A stretch of 64,000 nt of DNA, taken from NCBI GenBank assembly GCA_047495785.1, contig JBLDXI010000020.1, positions 124,001 to 188,000 of the forward strand, given 5' to 3'. The stretch's first letter is position 1. Each line of letters begins with the position of its first letter. This DNA comes from Lepidodermella squamata (lineage: Eukaryota; Animalia; Gastrotricha). The position numbers and the translations under genes were made by a program. The notes beneath the pieces are model-generated. The model made no database searches, was not told the DNA's origin, and saw only the letters and a program-made list of their open reading frames with translations. Shown here piece by piece: positions 40,245 through 52,513 of the stretch.

Positions 40245-41537
40245 TCAGTCTCTTCCGCTATTTTTTTGCTGCTGGGCAAGTGCGGCTTGGGTTTGACGAT
40301 AGCGCTCCTCACTGCCGGCGATTTTCCCGCCAAGTCGACCCGCGCGGTAATCCGAAATGGCTTGCTCGATTTCCTCATGAGTGTTCATTACGAATGGTCC
40401 ATAGCGAGCGACTGGTTCTCGAATCGGAAAGCCAGCCAAGAGTAATGCGTACATCACGCCTTCTCCGCCCGCTTGCAGCGTCGTCGAGGCATCAGAATTC
40501 TCGTCAATTGCGAAAACCGCCCCCTGACCCATCTTCAGATGATTTCCATCGCATTCACCTGCGCCTCGCCAGCAATAAACCATCGCGTTCATGCCTTTGG
40601 GTATTTTTAGAGTAACATTGCCTTGGCTTTCTAATCGGATATCTTGAAGTATCGTTGGGGCGTGAGTTTCGACAGGCGACTTGTGTCCTTGGAACTCGCC
40701 GGCAATTACTCTGACCACAGATTTTCCGTCAGCCAGCGTTACAGTCGGTATCTTCTTAGGAGTGATGTCTTGATAACGAGGTTCGGTCATTTTCAGCTAA
40801 AATAAAAATGAAGAAAGCTAGTGATTGATACTACAAATTGATTAGTCACTGCTTACCTTCTTCGGTAGATTCACCCAAATTTGAAAGCCTATCAGTATTG
40901 AAAATAATGACAGAAATTGCAAGAAATTTGAATTAAATCCTGGAAATCTTTACCTTCAAGATTGCCGCCGTTTTTCATGACTTCATCGCCAGGCATTTCA
41001 GCGTGAACAACACCGCGGCCCGCTGTCATCCACTGCACACCGCCTGGTTGCAGGGTTCCTCTACTGCCACTGGAATCAATATGCTGAAATGCTCCTGTCA
41101 ATTAGACGATTGTACATCGGAAATAGAAGTAAAAATTTCTAACAAACCATCGATGCAGTATGTGACAGTCTGTAAACAGTTTCACAAAGAATTAAACTCT
41201 ATCGAGCACAGAATAAGATATTTACCTGAAAACCACGATGAGGATGATCAGGGGCACCAACAGCTTCACCTGGCTTGTAACTAGTAGGTCCTGATTATGT
41301 GTGGATAATATTAATATCGAGTAACTTCATACAAGGCATTACTTACCCATATGATCCAAGAGCAAAAACGGGTCAAGTTCACTCAAAGAAGCATCTCCTA
41401 TCGGCCTGCGAACAAGGAATCCTCCTCCTATTCATATCCAACAATTAAATAGAACAGCAATAAAATAATGCTTAATCCTTACCTTCACGCATTTGCTTCG
41501 ACGTCACAATCTTCGATATTTTCCTAACAACTGACAT
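40245..41537 (-). CDS. PIR: Pirin family (cupin) protein, multi-exon
   Basis: [71 protein letters not shown]. Confidence 0.92.
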
Positions 41538-42059
41538 CGTTTCACAGCTGTCCGAGCAAGTTTCGTCAAGTTCGGCTTTAATATACTTGGCTAATATATA
41601 CATAAATTAAAAAAATCAGAATAAGTGTGCTCTGTTTTTACAGGGAGAGTTTTCAGCAAACGTTTGAGAAGTAATAACAATCACAATCAACCAAACAGGC
41701 AGGGCCATAATGTTGTAATTAATCTGTGAATTAAAGAGAGCAGTGAATTAAGCAAGCGCAAAGAATCAGGGTATATATACCATGTGTCTAGTCAGGTCGA
41801 AATTTTCAAAATTGTTCGCGCACAGAAAATTGCAGTTTGAATGTGTCTTAAGCGGTCATAGACTGAAGTACCTATTTCTGATGTGTCTTAAGCGGTCAAA
41901 AAAGGTTCGTAAGCACGGACGCGTCTCTCAGGACTTCAAAAAAATACCGCCTTTTCAAAAACAATTTATTGCAAAATACATTGAATTAATGTTTTATGAA
42001 ATTTAGGTAGTCACAATAAAATAAATGTGAAATCAAAAACCCGTGAGCGCGGGAATTGA

Positions 42060-42233
42060 GCTGTTTGATTATTCTGGAGGAGAAGTTAGCGTAGAAAGCA
42101 ATGTGCCCAGAAAGCAGCTGCTTTCCATGCAGTAAGCCGTAATGAGCGTATGCGTGGAAAACACTGCTTTCCAGGCAATTTGCCTGCTACGCACTAGCAC
42201 TGCGCTCTAGGCACTGCTTTCCAAGCAAATTTC
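42060..42233 (+). repeat. Left TIR (about 174 bp) with internal CTGCTTTCCA subrepeats
   Basis: Near-identical reverse complement of 49588-49761. Confidence 0.92.
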
Positions 42234-42731
42234 TCCCGGAGTGCTTAGAATGCATTCTTGGCTCATTTCGCGTAGTTTTGCAGGTTGAGAATTACTGTTT
42301 CTGATGTTTGGGACACTTTTCTGTTATTTTGTCTAATTTTCGTACTCACACGCTTTACTCTGTACTATCTGGGCGATAGTATTTTTGAATTATGCTATTA
42401 AATTATTATTCGAGTACATAATAGTTTGATAAGGGTGTCACGTGTGTATCCGGTACAAGGGCGGGTCGCGTGGCGATTCCTTTTGCATCAGCTGTGCAGC
42501 ACTTTTGTGGCGCGACAGTCTTGTGGTGCGTAAGCCATGCCATAAAACACAATTAGATAAGGATAACTCTCTTAAGTATACCTGGAACTACGCTGTCTTG
42601 TATTCCCTGTATGAGAACTGTTTGCCAAGTTTGAACCGCAACTCTGTACATTGTTAACGTTTATTCTCTTTTAATCCATAGGCTTTCAGTTATTCGCTTT
42701 TGTAAGCTTATTATTGAGTTGTTTTCTATCA

Positions 42732-45700
42732 ATGAGTCTCTTCGACGAGATTCGTCGTATGAACAAGAAAGTCATAAAAAAGGATGACATTATCCTCGCT
42801 ATGCCGCCAGCTTTTCATGGCGATTTGCTTCTGTTTGCTGCGGACTATTTGAAAAAATTGGAGAAGGTATGCATTGGTACATTTTACTTCCAGTCATATC
42901 TGTTTGCTATCTTATCTTATAGGAGGAAAAACAGATTTATTCCCACCCTAAGGACCACCTGTATTTCGACGAAGGAGAGGGGGGTGCTTTGAGAGCCGTT
43001 TCTTTCCGGTTAGTTGTTGATTTTGCGGTTAATTTAATTGCAAACATTTTTCTTCATCCCTAGCTGTGCTGCGGGTTTCTCCGATGAGGCGACGATTAAC
43101 CCCCGAACCCAGCTAGGTTGCAAAGCCTTCAAGCGCTTCGTCTTGGTGAAGACAGCGCAGGAGTATTTTGTGGCTATTCGTTCCGGTCCTCAGCCTCACA
43201 ATCATGGCGACAACCTGAATAACCAGGAAAGTGTGATTCGTCACCTGCGCCACGATCAGGAAACCCTCAGGGCAGTAGAAGATCTGGTATCTACGAAGCT
43301 CTCAGCCACTGAGATTTCGAAGAGATCCTGTGAAGCTGCTGTCCTGGAGAAGAACTCCATTGCCGATCGTCGCAAATGCCTTGATCAACTCGACGTATAC
43401 TCGTTCAAAAGACGAATTATGTCGTTGAAAGGTGCGCGGTAAGTGATTTTTATTTACCATGGTATCAATCAGGGACTACTTGTATGTTACAATTGATAAT
43501 AGACTGGACAAAGTTGAATTCCACAGTGTGGAAAAGCTGGTGGAAGCCGACAGGGGGAAGCAGGTTCAAGAAGTTATTCATTACACTCCCGGCGATTCTC
43601 CGTCCGGTTTTGTCTTGGCAATGATGACGCCTCTCCAGCAAGCTCTCGTTGCCAACAATGAGATTTACGAAACTGGATTTCTGGACGCGACTTTCAAGGG
43701 CGTAACAAAGCATAATTACGCTCTCTATGCCATCGCCGCCGTTCAGAAAGGAGTCGAAAAATCTTTGCCGCTTGCGTTTGCCATCTTGGAACATGACGAT
43801 GAGGCCAGTTTACGCCTATTTCTCACAGCGCTTCGCGACAAATGCATCAGTCTTAATCCTGCGTTCAAGTTTAGGCATGCCTTATCTCACTATCTTTTCA
43901 GTCAAGAATTACTGGGGTATTTTTCAGGACGATTGTCATCGATAAAGACCAGAAGGAGATCTCGCTAATCAAAGAAATTTTTGATTGTTGCGTTGTCCTG
44001 TGCTACTTCCATCTGCTTCAGGTAATTGTTCGAATACTTAAATAGGATTTTTACAATGTGGCTGTGTTATAGGCTGTAATTAGATGGCTTCATGGCGAAA
44101 AATCTGGTTGTTCCGGTCGCTCTGAGAAGGCCAAGGCGGAGCGTTGCGCTGTAATAGACCTGATAGAGACCATTCGAGCGTCTGGCAACTACGAAGAAGT
44201 GCAGAAAAAGTGGCGAGAAGGCAGCCCGAATCTGTCGCCAAAAGTCCGCACGTATCTTTGGGAATTTTGGGTTCAGGAGAAATATGCTGTGTTGTGGTGT
44301 CGCTATGCGCTCAAAAATTACCATCTTGACCAGGCTACCAATAACATTATTGAGGTGTAATTACTGATTTCGACTGAAACGACTTTATTATGTTTTCTTT
44401 TTTTTATTACGGTAGAACTTCTGGTTTTGCCTGAAATACACTTTCTTGAAGGTTTGTCCAGCTAGCTATACATCATTTTATTCATTTCTGTTATCTTGTA
44501 TCATTTCAGGGTTCTTATAACCGCCGGATAGACGATTTGGTATTTTTGCTTTCTAACGAGGTCATGTCATATTACGCGCATCTAATGAACCTCGATGCCC
44601 ACGGTCGAAAAATCTTGAAGCTGAAGCATAAGCCGGAGCAGTTGGCTACGAAGCAAGCTGACAACGACCGTTTCTGCTCTACGGTCGTCTGGGGCGATGA
44701 CCTCGTTACCGTACCGTCGTTCACGCCCAACGAATTCGACATCAAGTACGAGGTGAACCCGGCAGAGCAACGGTGTTCATGTGTCTACAGTATTCACGGA
44801 AATATATGCAAGCATTTGCATTTCGTGCGCAAGTTGAATCCGGATAAGGTAAGACTTGGTTATTTTCTTCTATAAAATAATGTTAATTTTGCGTGCGGTT
44901 CATTCAGATATCCGTTTACCGTGATCGTCTTACGAAGTCAATTGTCGACGAAGGCCTCTGCGACAAGTTGGGCGATGAGCTACGAGTGATGAGCCCAATT
45001 AGCCATCACGTCAGCCTGGTCGACCTGAAGACGATGAGATGCGACTGCATGGCGTCGAGTTATGCGCCGGATAAGGAACTTTGTTGTTGTGTTATGGCCG
45101 CTCGCCAGCTATTCCCAGGTATATTATTAAACAGTTATTCGATTTGCTGTTTTGTCATTTCATATGATTCAATTTTCAGTTGAAGCTGAGGCTGCTGACC
45201 AACTGCTAGTTCAAGCTCGTTCCACTGCGCCTAGTGTGAAAGATGCGGTTGCGGCATTTTCAAGCAACAAGGTTGCTCCGGCAACCAAAATGCCTGCAAC
45301 GACACGCAACGCTCATTTCTCGAAAACCGGAATAAAGCGCTCTGCTCCTATCGACCCGGACGAGCCAAGCTCAAGCGGCGATCATCTTGCTGATCACTGC
45401 ACGAGTGCTGACCCCCTTGCTGATCATAGAGTGAAGAAATTCAGAAGCTCTAAAAGAGGAAGACAAACGCACAACGTGATGGCGAATTTCAGACGCCAAA
45501 ACTGTCCCTCTGATGTGCCTGCTGATGTTGCCGCGCGACTTGCGTCAACGTCAAATGCACCGGAACCGGCATGCACTCCCACCTCGCGCCTCGTTGGCCT
45601 GAGTCTACCCGGTCTGCGTATTCCTGGCCCGCTGCTCGCTGGAACCGGTTTGCGTATTCCACGCCCGCCGCTCCCTGGAACCGGTCTGCGTATTCCTGGC

Positions 45701-45832
45701 CCGCTGCTCGCTGGAACCGGTTTGCGTATTCCACGCCCGCCGCTCCCTGGTGCTGGAATAGCGGTTGTTAGCCCTTCCGGTGTGGTGATTTTGCGCCCTC
45801 CGGGCGCGGCTAATACAAATAATATCAACTAA
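42732..45832 (+). CDS. MULE transposase, 10 exons, 858 aa: WRKY/FAR1-like DNA-binding domain, DDE, CxxH, two SWIM-like fingers
   Basis: Exons 42732-42866, 42923-43008, 43064-43438, 43503-43868, 43928-44021, 44073-44354, 44416-44451, 44510-44848, 44908-45118 and 45180-45832 sum to 2577 nt, in frame. Motifs: C..GCKA..HNH, FLDATF, IVIDKD, LCYFH, TNNIIENFW, NRRIDDL, CSC..CKH. Confidence 0.9.
45608..45751 (+). repeat. In-frame tandem repeat, 4 x 36 bp in ABAB order (TGLRIPGPLLAG / TGLRIPRPPLPG)
   Basis: Directly visible in the last transposase exon. Confidence 0.95.
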
Positions 45833-46618
45833 ACTTTCGCTATTAGCTCTCCGCTTAATCCTTTGTGTTTGCTCAACATCCGGCTTCTTGCATCCGCATG
45901 TGTGCGCATTGTGCGCGATGAGTGCCACTTCTTACACACTCATTAGCGATGACCGCGCGGAATTCATACTCATAGTTGACTCGAGTATAATTGAAACGAT
46001 GAATGCCTCTTTCAACTTCGACACTGTTTTTCGGTTGTAAAATGTCTTTCTATTTTGCCGCATCGTGCGTGGAAATTGTTTACTATTGTGAACAAATTGC
46101 GGCTCGAGCCCGGTTATGGTGATTAATAGATCAATAATTAAATTGTGATAACAGATAATTGCAATTCAGGCGTAATAAATTGCGGTTTTCTTGCATCCTT
46201 GTGTGACATGTCTCATACCTTACACACGTGATATGCAATTTCGTTTTTTTTTAAAGTGAAAATGATACCAAGCTTGATGAATAAACATTCCGTTTTCAGT
46301 ACACTTGTGGTTTTTTTACATAAATGACCCGATGTTCATGTTTATGGAAATATCACAGCTGACGTTTCACGCTACCCAAGTGCGTCATCCACTTGAGAGC
46401 GCGCTTCTTTTAGCGGCGGGACCAGCTCCTTATGTCGACTGGTTAATAGCAAGGCGTACAGCCTCTCATGTCAGGTGTGGGTAGCTTACCGACAAAGCGG
46501 CCTAACAGGTGTCGAAACCATGCCGATTTCAGAGTCCAAAACACGAAAACAAATTCGTATCGCATTTATTTTGCAATTTTGTAATTCACATTAAAAGTCA
46601 TCATCATTATTCATCCTT

Positions 46619-48376
46619 ATGGCTGACCGCAGGAAGGACGTTGAATGTCCCGACCTTGTCGACTCTCTTCTTCTTTTTCTGTCGCCGAACAATGGCCTGC
46701 TACGCACTTGGTCAGGACTTGCCAAACTGACATTCAAGTCGAACGCGACCACCAAGGCTGTGATTCGAGCGGCCTATTCAGGCGACTCACGTTACTACGT
46801 GCTGCTGAACGCAATCAGGTTGGCTGAGAAGAAAACTGCAAAGGAGCGCGACGACGGCTATTTCACCACCGTTACCCGAGAAGACGCTGTTAAGCCGATC
46901 AAGGTGATTGAAAGCGCTCTGAGGCTTCGCGTTCCGCTCATCAAACGCATCGATCTTCAACTGCCCAGCTTTTGCGATGATCCGCGCATGTTCAACCTGA
47001 CCGCAGAACAAACAAGGTTAGTAATATAGAAGTATACGTTTTTACAATTTTTAGGCTATTTTTGGCTATTTTTGGCGTATGTACAGCGTCTCCCAAAAAT
47101 TGCGAAAATTTTTTTAGTTTAGGTTGGTTTTAGATGGTAACTGGCTCGGTAATTTTCGGTATTTTACCCGGTTGGGCCAAATTCCTCCGGACCTTTTTAA
47201 TCCCGTAAACCCGTTAGTGGCATACTTAATTATATTCTCGTGATTTTTGGATATTTTTATAAAATTTCTGGCCGTAAGATGGGACTTCGTCTCTCATTTA
47301 TGAGTTTCTGAAGCCTTTTCCGTGCATTTTCTCCGCTTGCTGTACATATAAACTGTAGTTCCTCTTTAGCGCAAAACGAAACCTCAGAAATGTTAATAAG
47401 GTCCCTCCAATTAAGATAATTTGCCTCGTTATATTTTCAACAGAGAGTTCCTGAAATCTTTCAAGGTTCTGATCAGTCGCGGCCTACCGTCTGACGAAGT
47501 GACCAAGGGGGCTTCTAGCGTAGCGTTGCTCGTCGCCATCGATTTCATCGACAGGTCTATTGCCAGCATGTTGAACGAGCCAACGGCCATGTTGAACGAG
47601 TCCGTCGCGGTGTACGACAAGCTGGCGACCGAATTCATCGCGAAAAACAAACATCTTCTTCGCCCGAATTTGCCAATCATTCAGGGCAAGGTCAAAGTGA
47701 AGCCGCAGGCCATCGAAGAGGCTATGGCGAGCCCAGATGAAGAAATCGAATTCGATCGCCCAGGCTCAAGCGCGTCGAGCATCTCGCTTTCTTCGTTTTC
47801 CGAATCGAGCCATTCCGTTTTAGACCTGGAAGACGATGTCGATGTACTGAACCAACTGGCCGGCAATTCCGCTGACCAAACGATCGTCGCTGCTCCTCCT
47901 AATGAACGACCAGACAGCAGCGTCAGTAATGCCTCGCGAAAACGCCAACTGTCATCAGCCACGACCTCTTCAACCTTGCCGTCTTCGTCTTCTTCTACAC
48001 CAATTGACAACGAGCCAGTCATACCTGAAACTGCAAGCGACGCTTCAGAATCTAAAAAGGTAATATCCATCAACTGTGTTGCAGCTTTTCCTAAATGATT
48101 ACCTTACTTACCTAGATTCGAGTGGACGAGACGAAGCTGTGGCGGCACATCTTCACGCCGAATCCACAAGACCATCGCTTTCTCGACTTGACGCACCAAT
48201 TCCCGCTCAATTGGCCGGCCGAAAATGTGCAGCTGCCACCCGAAGTCCAGGCTTTCAGCGACATGGTCTCGAATGGCGCGCAACCTGAACACGCAGCAAT
48301 GCTCTGTTATAGAGGTTCTGAATTCTCTTGTGAAATCATTCACCATACAATTGATGCAATTGAAATAACTGTTTGA
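46619..48376 (+). CDS. Transposon-borne accessory protein of unknown function, 3 exons, 424 aa
   Basis: Exons 46619-47016, 47444-48059 and 48116-48376 are joined by phase-compatible GT-AG introns (1275 nt including stop); AATAAA at about 48528. Confidence 0.75.
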
Positions 48377-49587
48377 ACAACTAATCGATTTTCATTCGCT
48401 ATTTCTTGTTTTCGACAGTTTCCGCTATCCTGCTTGGTTAATTAATTGATAGCTTGTGTTACGATGAATTTGTAGTTGAGACAGCATTGCAGTTTGCTAA
48501 TTGACAGGCTTGAGCGCTCAATTTTATAATAAAACGTTTCCAATCAGCATATTTCTTTTCCGTCGCTCTATAAAGGAGCCCTAAAAAGGCAGAATTCGTA
48601 AGTAACACGAAACATTTAGACAGACAGAAAGACTGTGAGAGGTAACAGAAAAGTTGAACTCAACTTTTTTGATGATTTTACGATGGGCGTCTAATCGAGA
48701 CGAATCACACATAGGCGGTGAGGCGCCCCGACCGTTTTTAATTGCTAAACGTCGCGAGACAAATTGTAAAATAAATCAGTATATCAGGGTGTCAGTTTAC
48801 ACCAGCTGTCAGATGACGTGGGACACCTCGATGTTTGCACGAGTGCGGTGACATTACTTCAATTAACCAGCCCGAGATGAGCTGGTCTCTTGTCTGTTAG
48901 TTGCATGTCGCAACTGTTTTTTTATTCCAGTGTAAAAAAATTCCTAATCCTGCCTTCTATGATAGGATAAAGGTCGGAGAAAGTAGAAAATTTCAATTAT
49001 TTCAATCTTGGATGGGATAAAAATCAAGATTAAAAAAAATTGCTACCCTGTTGCATTCGAACTTCCATAGAACGCGCACCGATGTGCGCGACCAGGATCA
49101 GGATCAGGAATTACGATTTCTCCTCGCCCTGACGGACTCAAGCTTTCGCCATACGGCGGAGCTGGTGAGACAATTGCGACCTCACGCTCCAGGAAAGTTT
49201 GGTCTGGTTTACTGACTACTTAATGAATTTCCTACCCCTGGTACCCCAGTTACTGCTGACTGTTTCTCCAGGGCCAAGGCATTAGTGCCCAGTAAATGTT
49301 CACTTGTTTCACGGTGGCAAATGGCAAAAATACGCGTTCCTCCTGAAGTAATGCGTTACTCAAAAAAAAGTAAAGTAATTCGCTATTTTGGCTTAAGTAA
49401 CGCCTAAACACCTAATAATCACTTGATGGATGACCTAACGGCTAAGCATGGGGTCAAGGTCTAAAGAAAATAACAGTCATAATGAAGCGTTTGAAAAACC
49501 TCACAAATGGTGTTTCAATAATATAACTATATTTTGGAATGTAAACCAACAGAATGGCGGTAAAAACGCTTAGAAAGCAGCGCTGGC

Positions 49588-49761
49588 GAAATTTGCTTGG
49601 AAAGCAGTGCCCGGAGAGCAAAGTGTGTGCGTAGCAGGCAAATTGCCTGGAAAGCAGTGTTTTCCACGCATACGCTCATTACGGCTTACTGCATGGAAAG
49701 CAGCTGCTTTCTGGGCGCACTGCTTTCCATGCTAACTTCTCCTCCAGAATAATCAAACGGC
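49588..49761 (-). repeat. Right TIR (about 174 bp)
   Basis: gaaatttgcttggaaagcagtgc...cctccagaataatcaaacggc is the reverse complement of the left TIR. Confidence 0.92.
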
Positions 49762-50531
49762 GGAATTGATATGTTCTGCGCTTTCCGCTGTCCGATTTTG
49801 AGAAGTGACGAGAGCCAGAGAGAAAGAGAGGACCCATCGAGATACACACCTGCATCGGGCGCGCAAATCGCAAACGGTGCACGCCAGTTCTGTCGATGGT
49901 TCAAGGTCCACCATCCTTTTCTCACTCTCGTTATCTTGTGATTCCCGATTTCGGTCGCAACCTGTTAAGAGTGAAGCTTATTTCTCGCATGCAGAAGTTC
50001 CTGGCAAAAGTAATACAGACAAACCGCCGGTTTTTGGATCACGTTTAACGTAGTCTTTTTAACGTGCTACTTCCGCAAATCTTTACGATCTAATGCCGAG
50101 GCATGGTCGATTCCTTATCGTCATCTCGAATTAACAATTCCTCAACATTCACTTTGCCCTAGGGGCTTTAGCTTTGCCATTAGAACAGCCAAATTATGGA
50201 ACCTTTTACCTGCCTCTATCACTAACATTACTTCGATGAATCTTTTTGTTAACTCGTGCAAAAAATTTATATTGGGAGAATGGCCTGTCCTTACAAATTT
50301 GGCCTTAGCTAAATAAAACTAATTATTATTTTTAATCACCTTATCTAATGTATGCGTGCCTTGTGCGCATCATCCTATAATAATCATTCTAATATGCTGT
50401 GTACGGTCGCCTTACTTCTGCGCTCGGTCGCCTTTCTAATCCTATTGTTTTAGTTATATGATATTATTATTTCGAGCCTATTGCTTTCAATGTAGAGCTT
50501 TTTTTTACATTGATCGTCCGAGCTGTTAATA

Positions 50532-52513
50532 ATGCAGTCGGTGAGTAATTTTTAATATTTAAACTCTTTCATTCGGTATTGAGGGTATTTTACTTGATAT
50601 CGGTTCAATTTTAAAATGCTCGAAGAAATCAGGACTTGAACCATGTAGAGCAGTATGAATCTTCGTAAGCTTATAGGTTCGGGAATGCTGTGAACATAGC
50701 TTTTGGAGGAAGGATAACTGATATTACTATAGATTCTTCCGTTGGTCTGGTAGGGGAATGTAGCACCGAGTAGATTTGATTCTATCGAAGTTATCGTAGT
50801 TACTGTAGTAATTGATGATTTTGCTGTGAAACGGTGATGTTTGCCGATTTTATATTTATACAAAATTTCAGTCGCTGTCTGAATCAAAAAGCTCTATGAA
50901 ATTTGCACTGCGATGATTTAAAGATGTTTCTAATTTTAATGGCATGGGGCGAGAACATAAATTAGTCATTATATCTTATCTTTCATTTTCTACAGCGAGG
51001 CAGAGAAAAAGAGCGTAGTCGCTATGATGAGCAAGTTCCCGAGAACAAATTATACATTGGTGGGTTGCCTGTCGACGTTGGAGATAGCGAGTTACGCGAG
51101 ATGTTCATTAAATTCGGCGAGATTGAAAACGCGACGGTCATGAAAGACCACGAAGGAAGGTTAGTATTCAGGGTTGAAAACTGTGCTATACTGGATGGAC
51201 GAGATGAATATGAAACTAGCGATTTTCTTGTGATTGAACATTTTTAGATCGCGATCGTTTGGATTTGTGCGATTTCGCGACAGCGAAAGCGTAGATGAAG
51301 CAATGAAAGGCCGCACAGAGGTCACAATTCGTGGAAGAAGCATTGAAATCCGAAGAGCGTTTCCTCGAGAAATGCCCAGTGAACAGCAGGTCAGTTCAAC
51401 GAAGCTTTTTGTTGGCGGCTGTCGAGGGCCAGTTGATGAAGCGGCCCTTCGAGAGTACTTTTCGAAGGTGAGAATGAATACCGGAGATTACAGAGAAATG
51501 CATGAGCTTCAATTTTGCAGTATGGAAACCTCGTATCAGTTGAAGTTATCAAAGATAGAGCCGGAGAGACCAGAGGGTTCTTTATTTATGAGAAAATATA
51601 GCCTTAAATTATAGCTTCGATGTTGAAGGTTTGGTTTTGTGGAGTACGATGACTTTGATCCTTGCGACAAAATTATACGTAAGTTTTTCCTTTGTTCAAT
51701 TTCTTAAGAAATATGGCGTCTGTTAATAGTCGAAGGTGAGCATCGCGTTGCCGGAAGAACCCTTGAAGTTCGAAAGTATCTGAACCGTGAAGTCATCGCT
51801 GAGAAGCGCCGTGGCCCTGAATCTGACAAGCATGGTCTGTTATTTTCAAATTTTCTAACAATTGGAAGAACGAGTCGTGTCGTTGTACAGGTCCCCCGCC
51901 ACCTTATTTGCCACCGCATCATTATTCACAGGGGCCCCCACCGGGCGGAAGAGGCCACTATGGAGAGTTTGAACCTGATCGATCTGCTATGCCCATCTGG
52001 GACCGGTTGTATGGGTTATCCGAGGACGAAAGGGCGCGCGAGTTACTTCAAATCGACGACGATTACTTTGTATTCGAACGCGAGCGACTGGAGCGCCAGC
52101 TCAGAGAACTGACTCGCCTGGAAGTAGATCGCAGACGAATAATCGACCGGATGCGGGGTGAACGGGGTAGCAGGTATGTTCATTTACCAGCCTAATATTT
52201 TTCGAGATCTATCGGGTTTTCTCTAAACAGTTACCGAGATCGTTCTCCGATAAGGGGCGGGGAATACGACCGTCGCGGCCCACCTAGCGATTACCACTCT
52301 TACGGTGAAAGTGCCTATTATCCGCCCCAACCGCAACAAGGTGGTCGCGCGAACCCTTACGCGGGTGGCTACGAACCAGAGAGTCGCAGATATGACGACT
52401 GTAAGTTTTTATTGGATTGTCAGCTGCGTTTCTTATATTATCATTTTTACCTAACAGATCGTGAACGAGATCCTTACGGTCCACCGGTCCCGTCATCTGG
52501 TTACCGCCGTTAA
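50532..52513 (+). CDS. Two-RRM RNA-binding protein (hnRNP A/B / Musashi / DAZAP1-like) with R/D/G/Y-rich tail
   Basis: KLYIGGL, SRSFGFVRF, IEIRRAFPRE, KLFVGG, RGFGFVEY; 9-nt first coding exon ATGCAGTCG|GTGAGT is inferred. Confidence 0.8.

Larger units (their letters stand above)
42060..49761 (+). mobile_element. Full-length Mutator-like (MULE/MuDR) DNA transposon, 7702 bp, carrying two spliced genes
   Basis: TIRs 42060-42233 and 49588-49761 start with G; perfect 8-bp TSD GGAATTGA at 42052-42059 and 49762-49769; internal MULE transposase. Confidence 0.93.

Noticed and set aside
40245-41537. Pirin as a horizontally acquired bacterial gene
   Set aside because: Some motifs look bacterial-like, but the gene is intron-rich and pirins are widespread in animals; a phylogeny would be needed.
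41841-41898. Direct repeat atgtgtcttaagcggtca x2 next to the MULE
   Set aside because: Outside the TSD-defined element with only two copies; not CRISPR-like, and no function can be supported.
43869-43927. Apparent GC-AG intron in the transposase
   Set aside because: A GT donor 6 nt upstream (43869) gives the same frame, so no non-canonical site is needed.
49100-49200. GC-rich structured-looking stretch inside the MULE (possible ribozyme or tRNA)
   Set aside because: No hammerhead core (CUGANGA...GAAA) or tRNA A/B boxes found.
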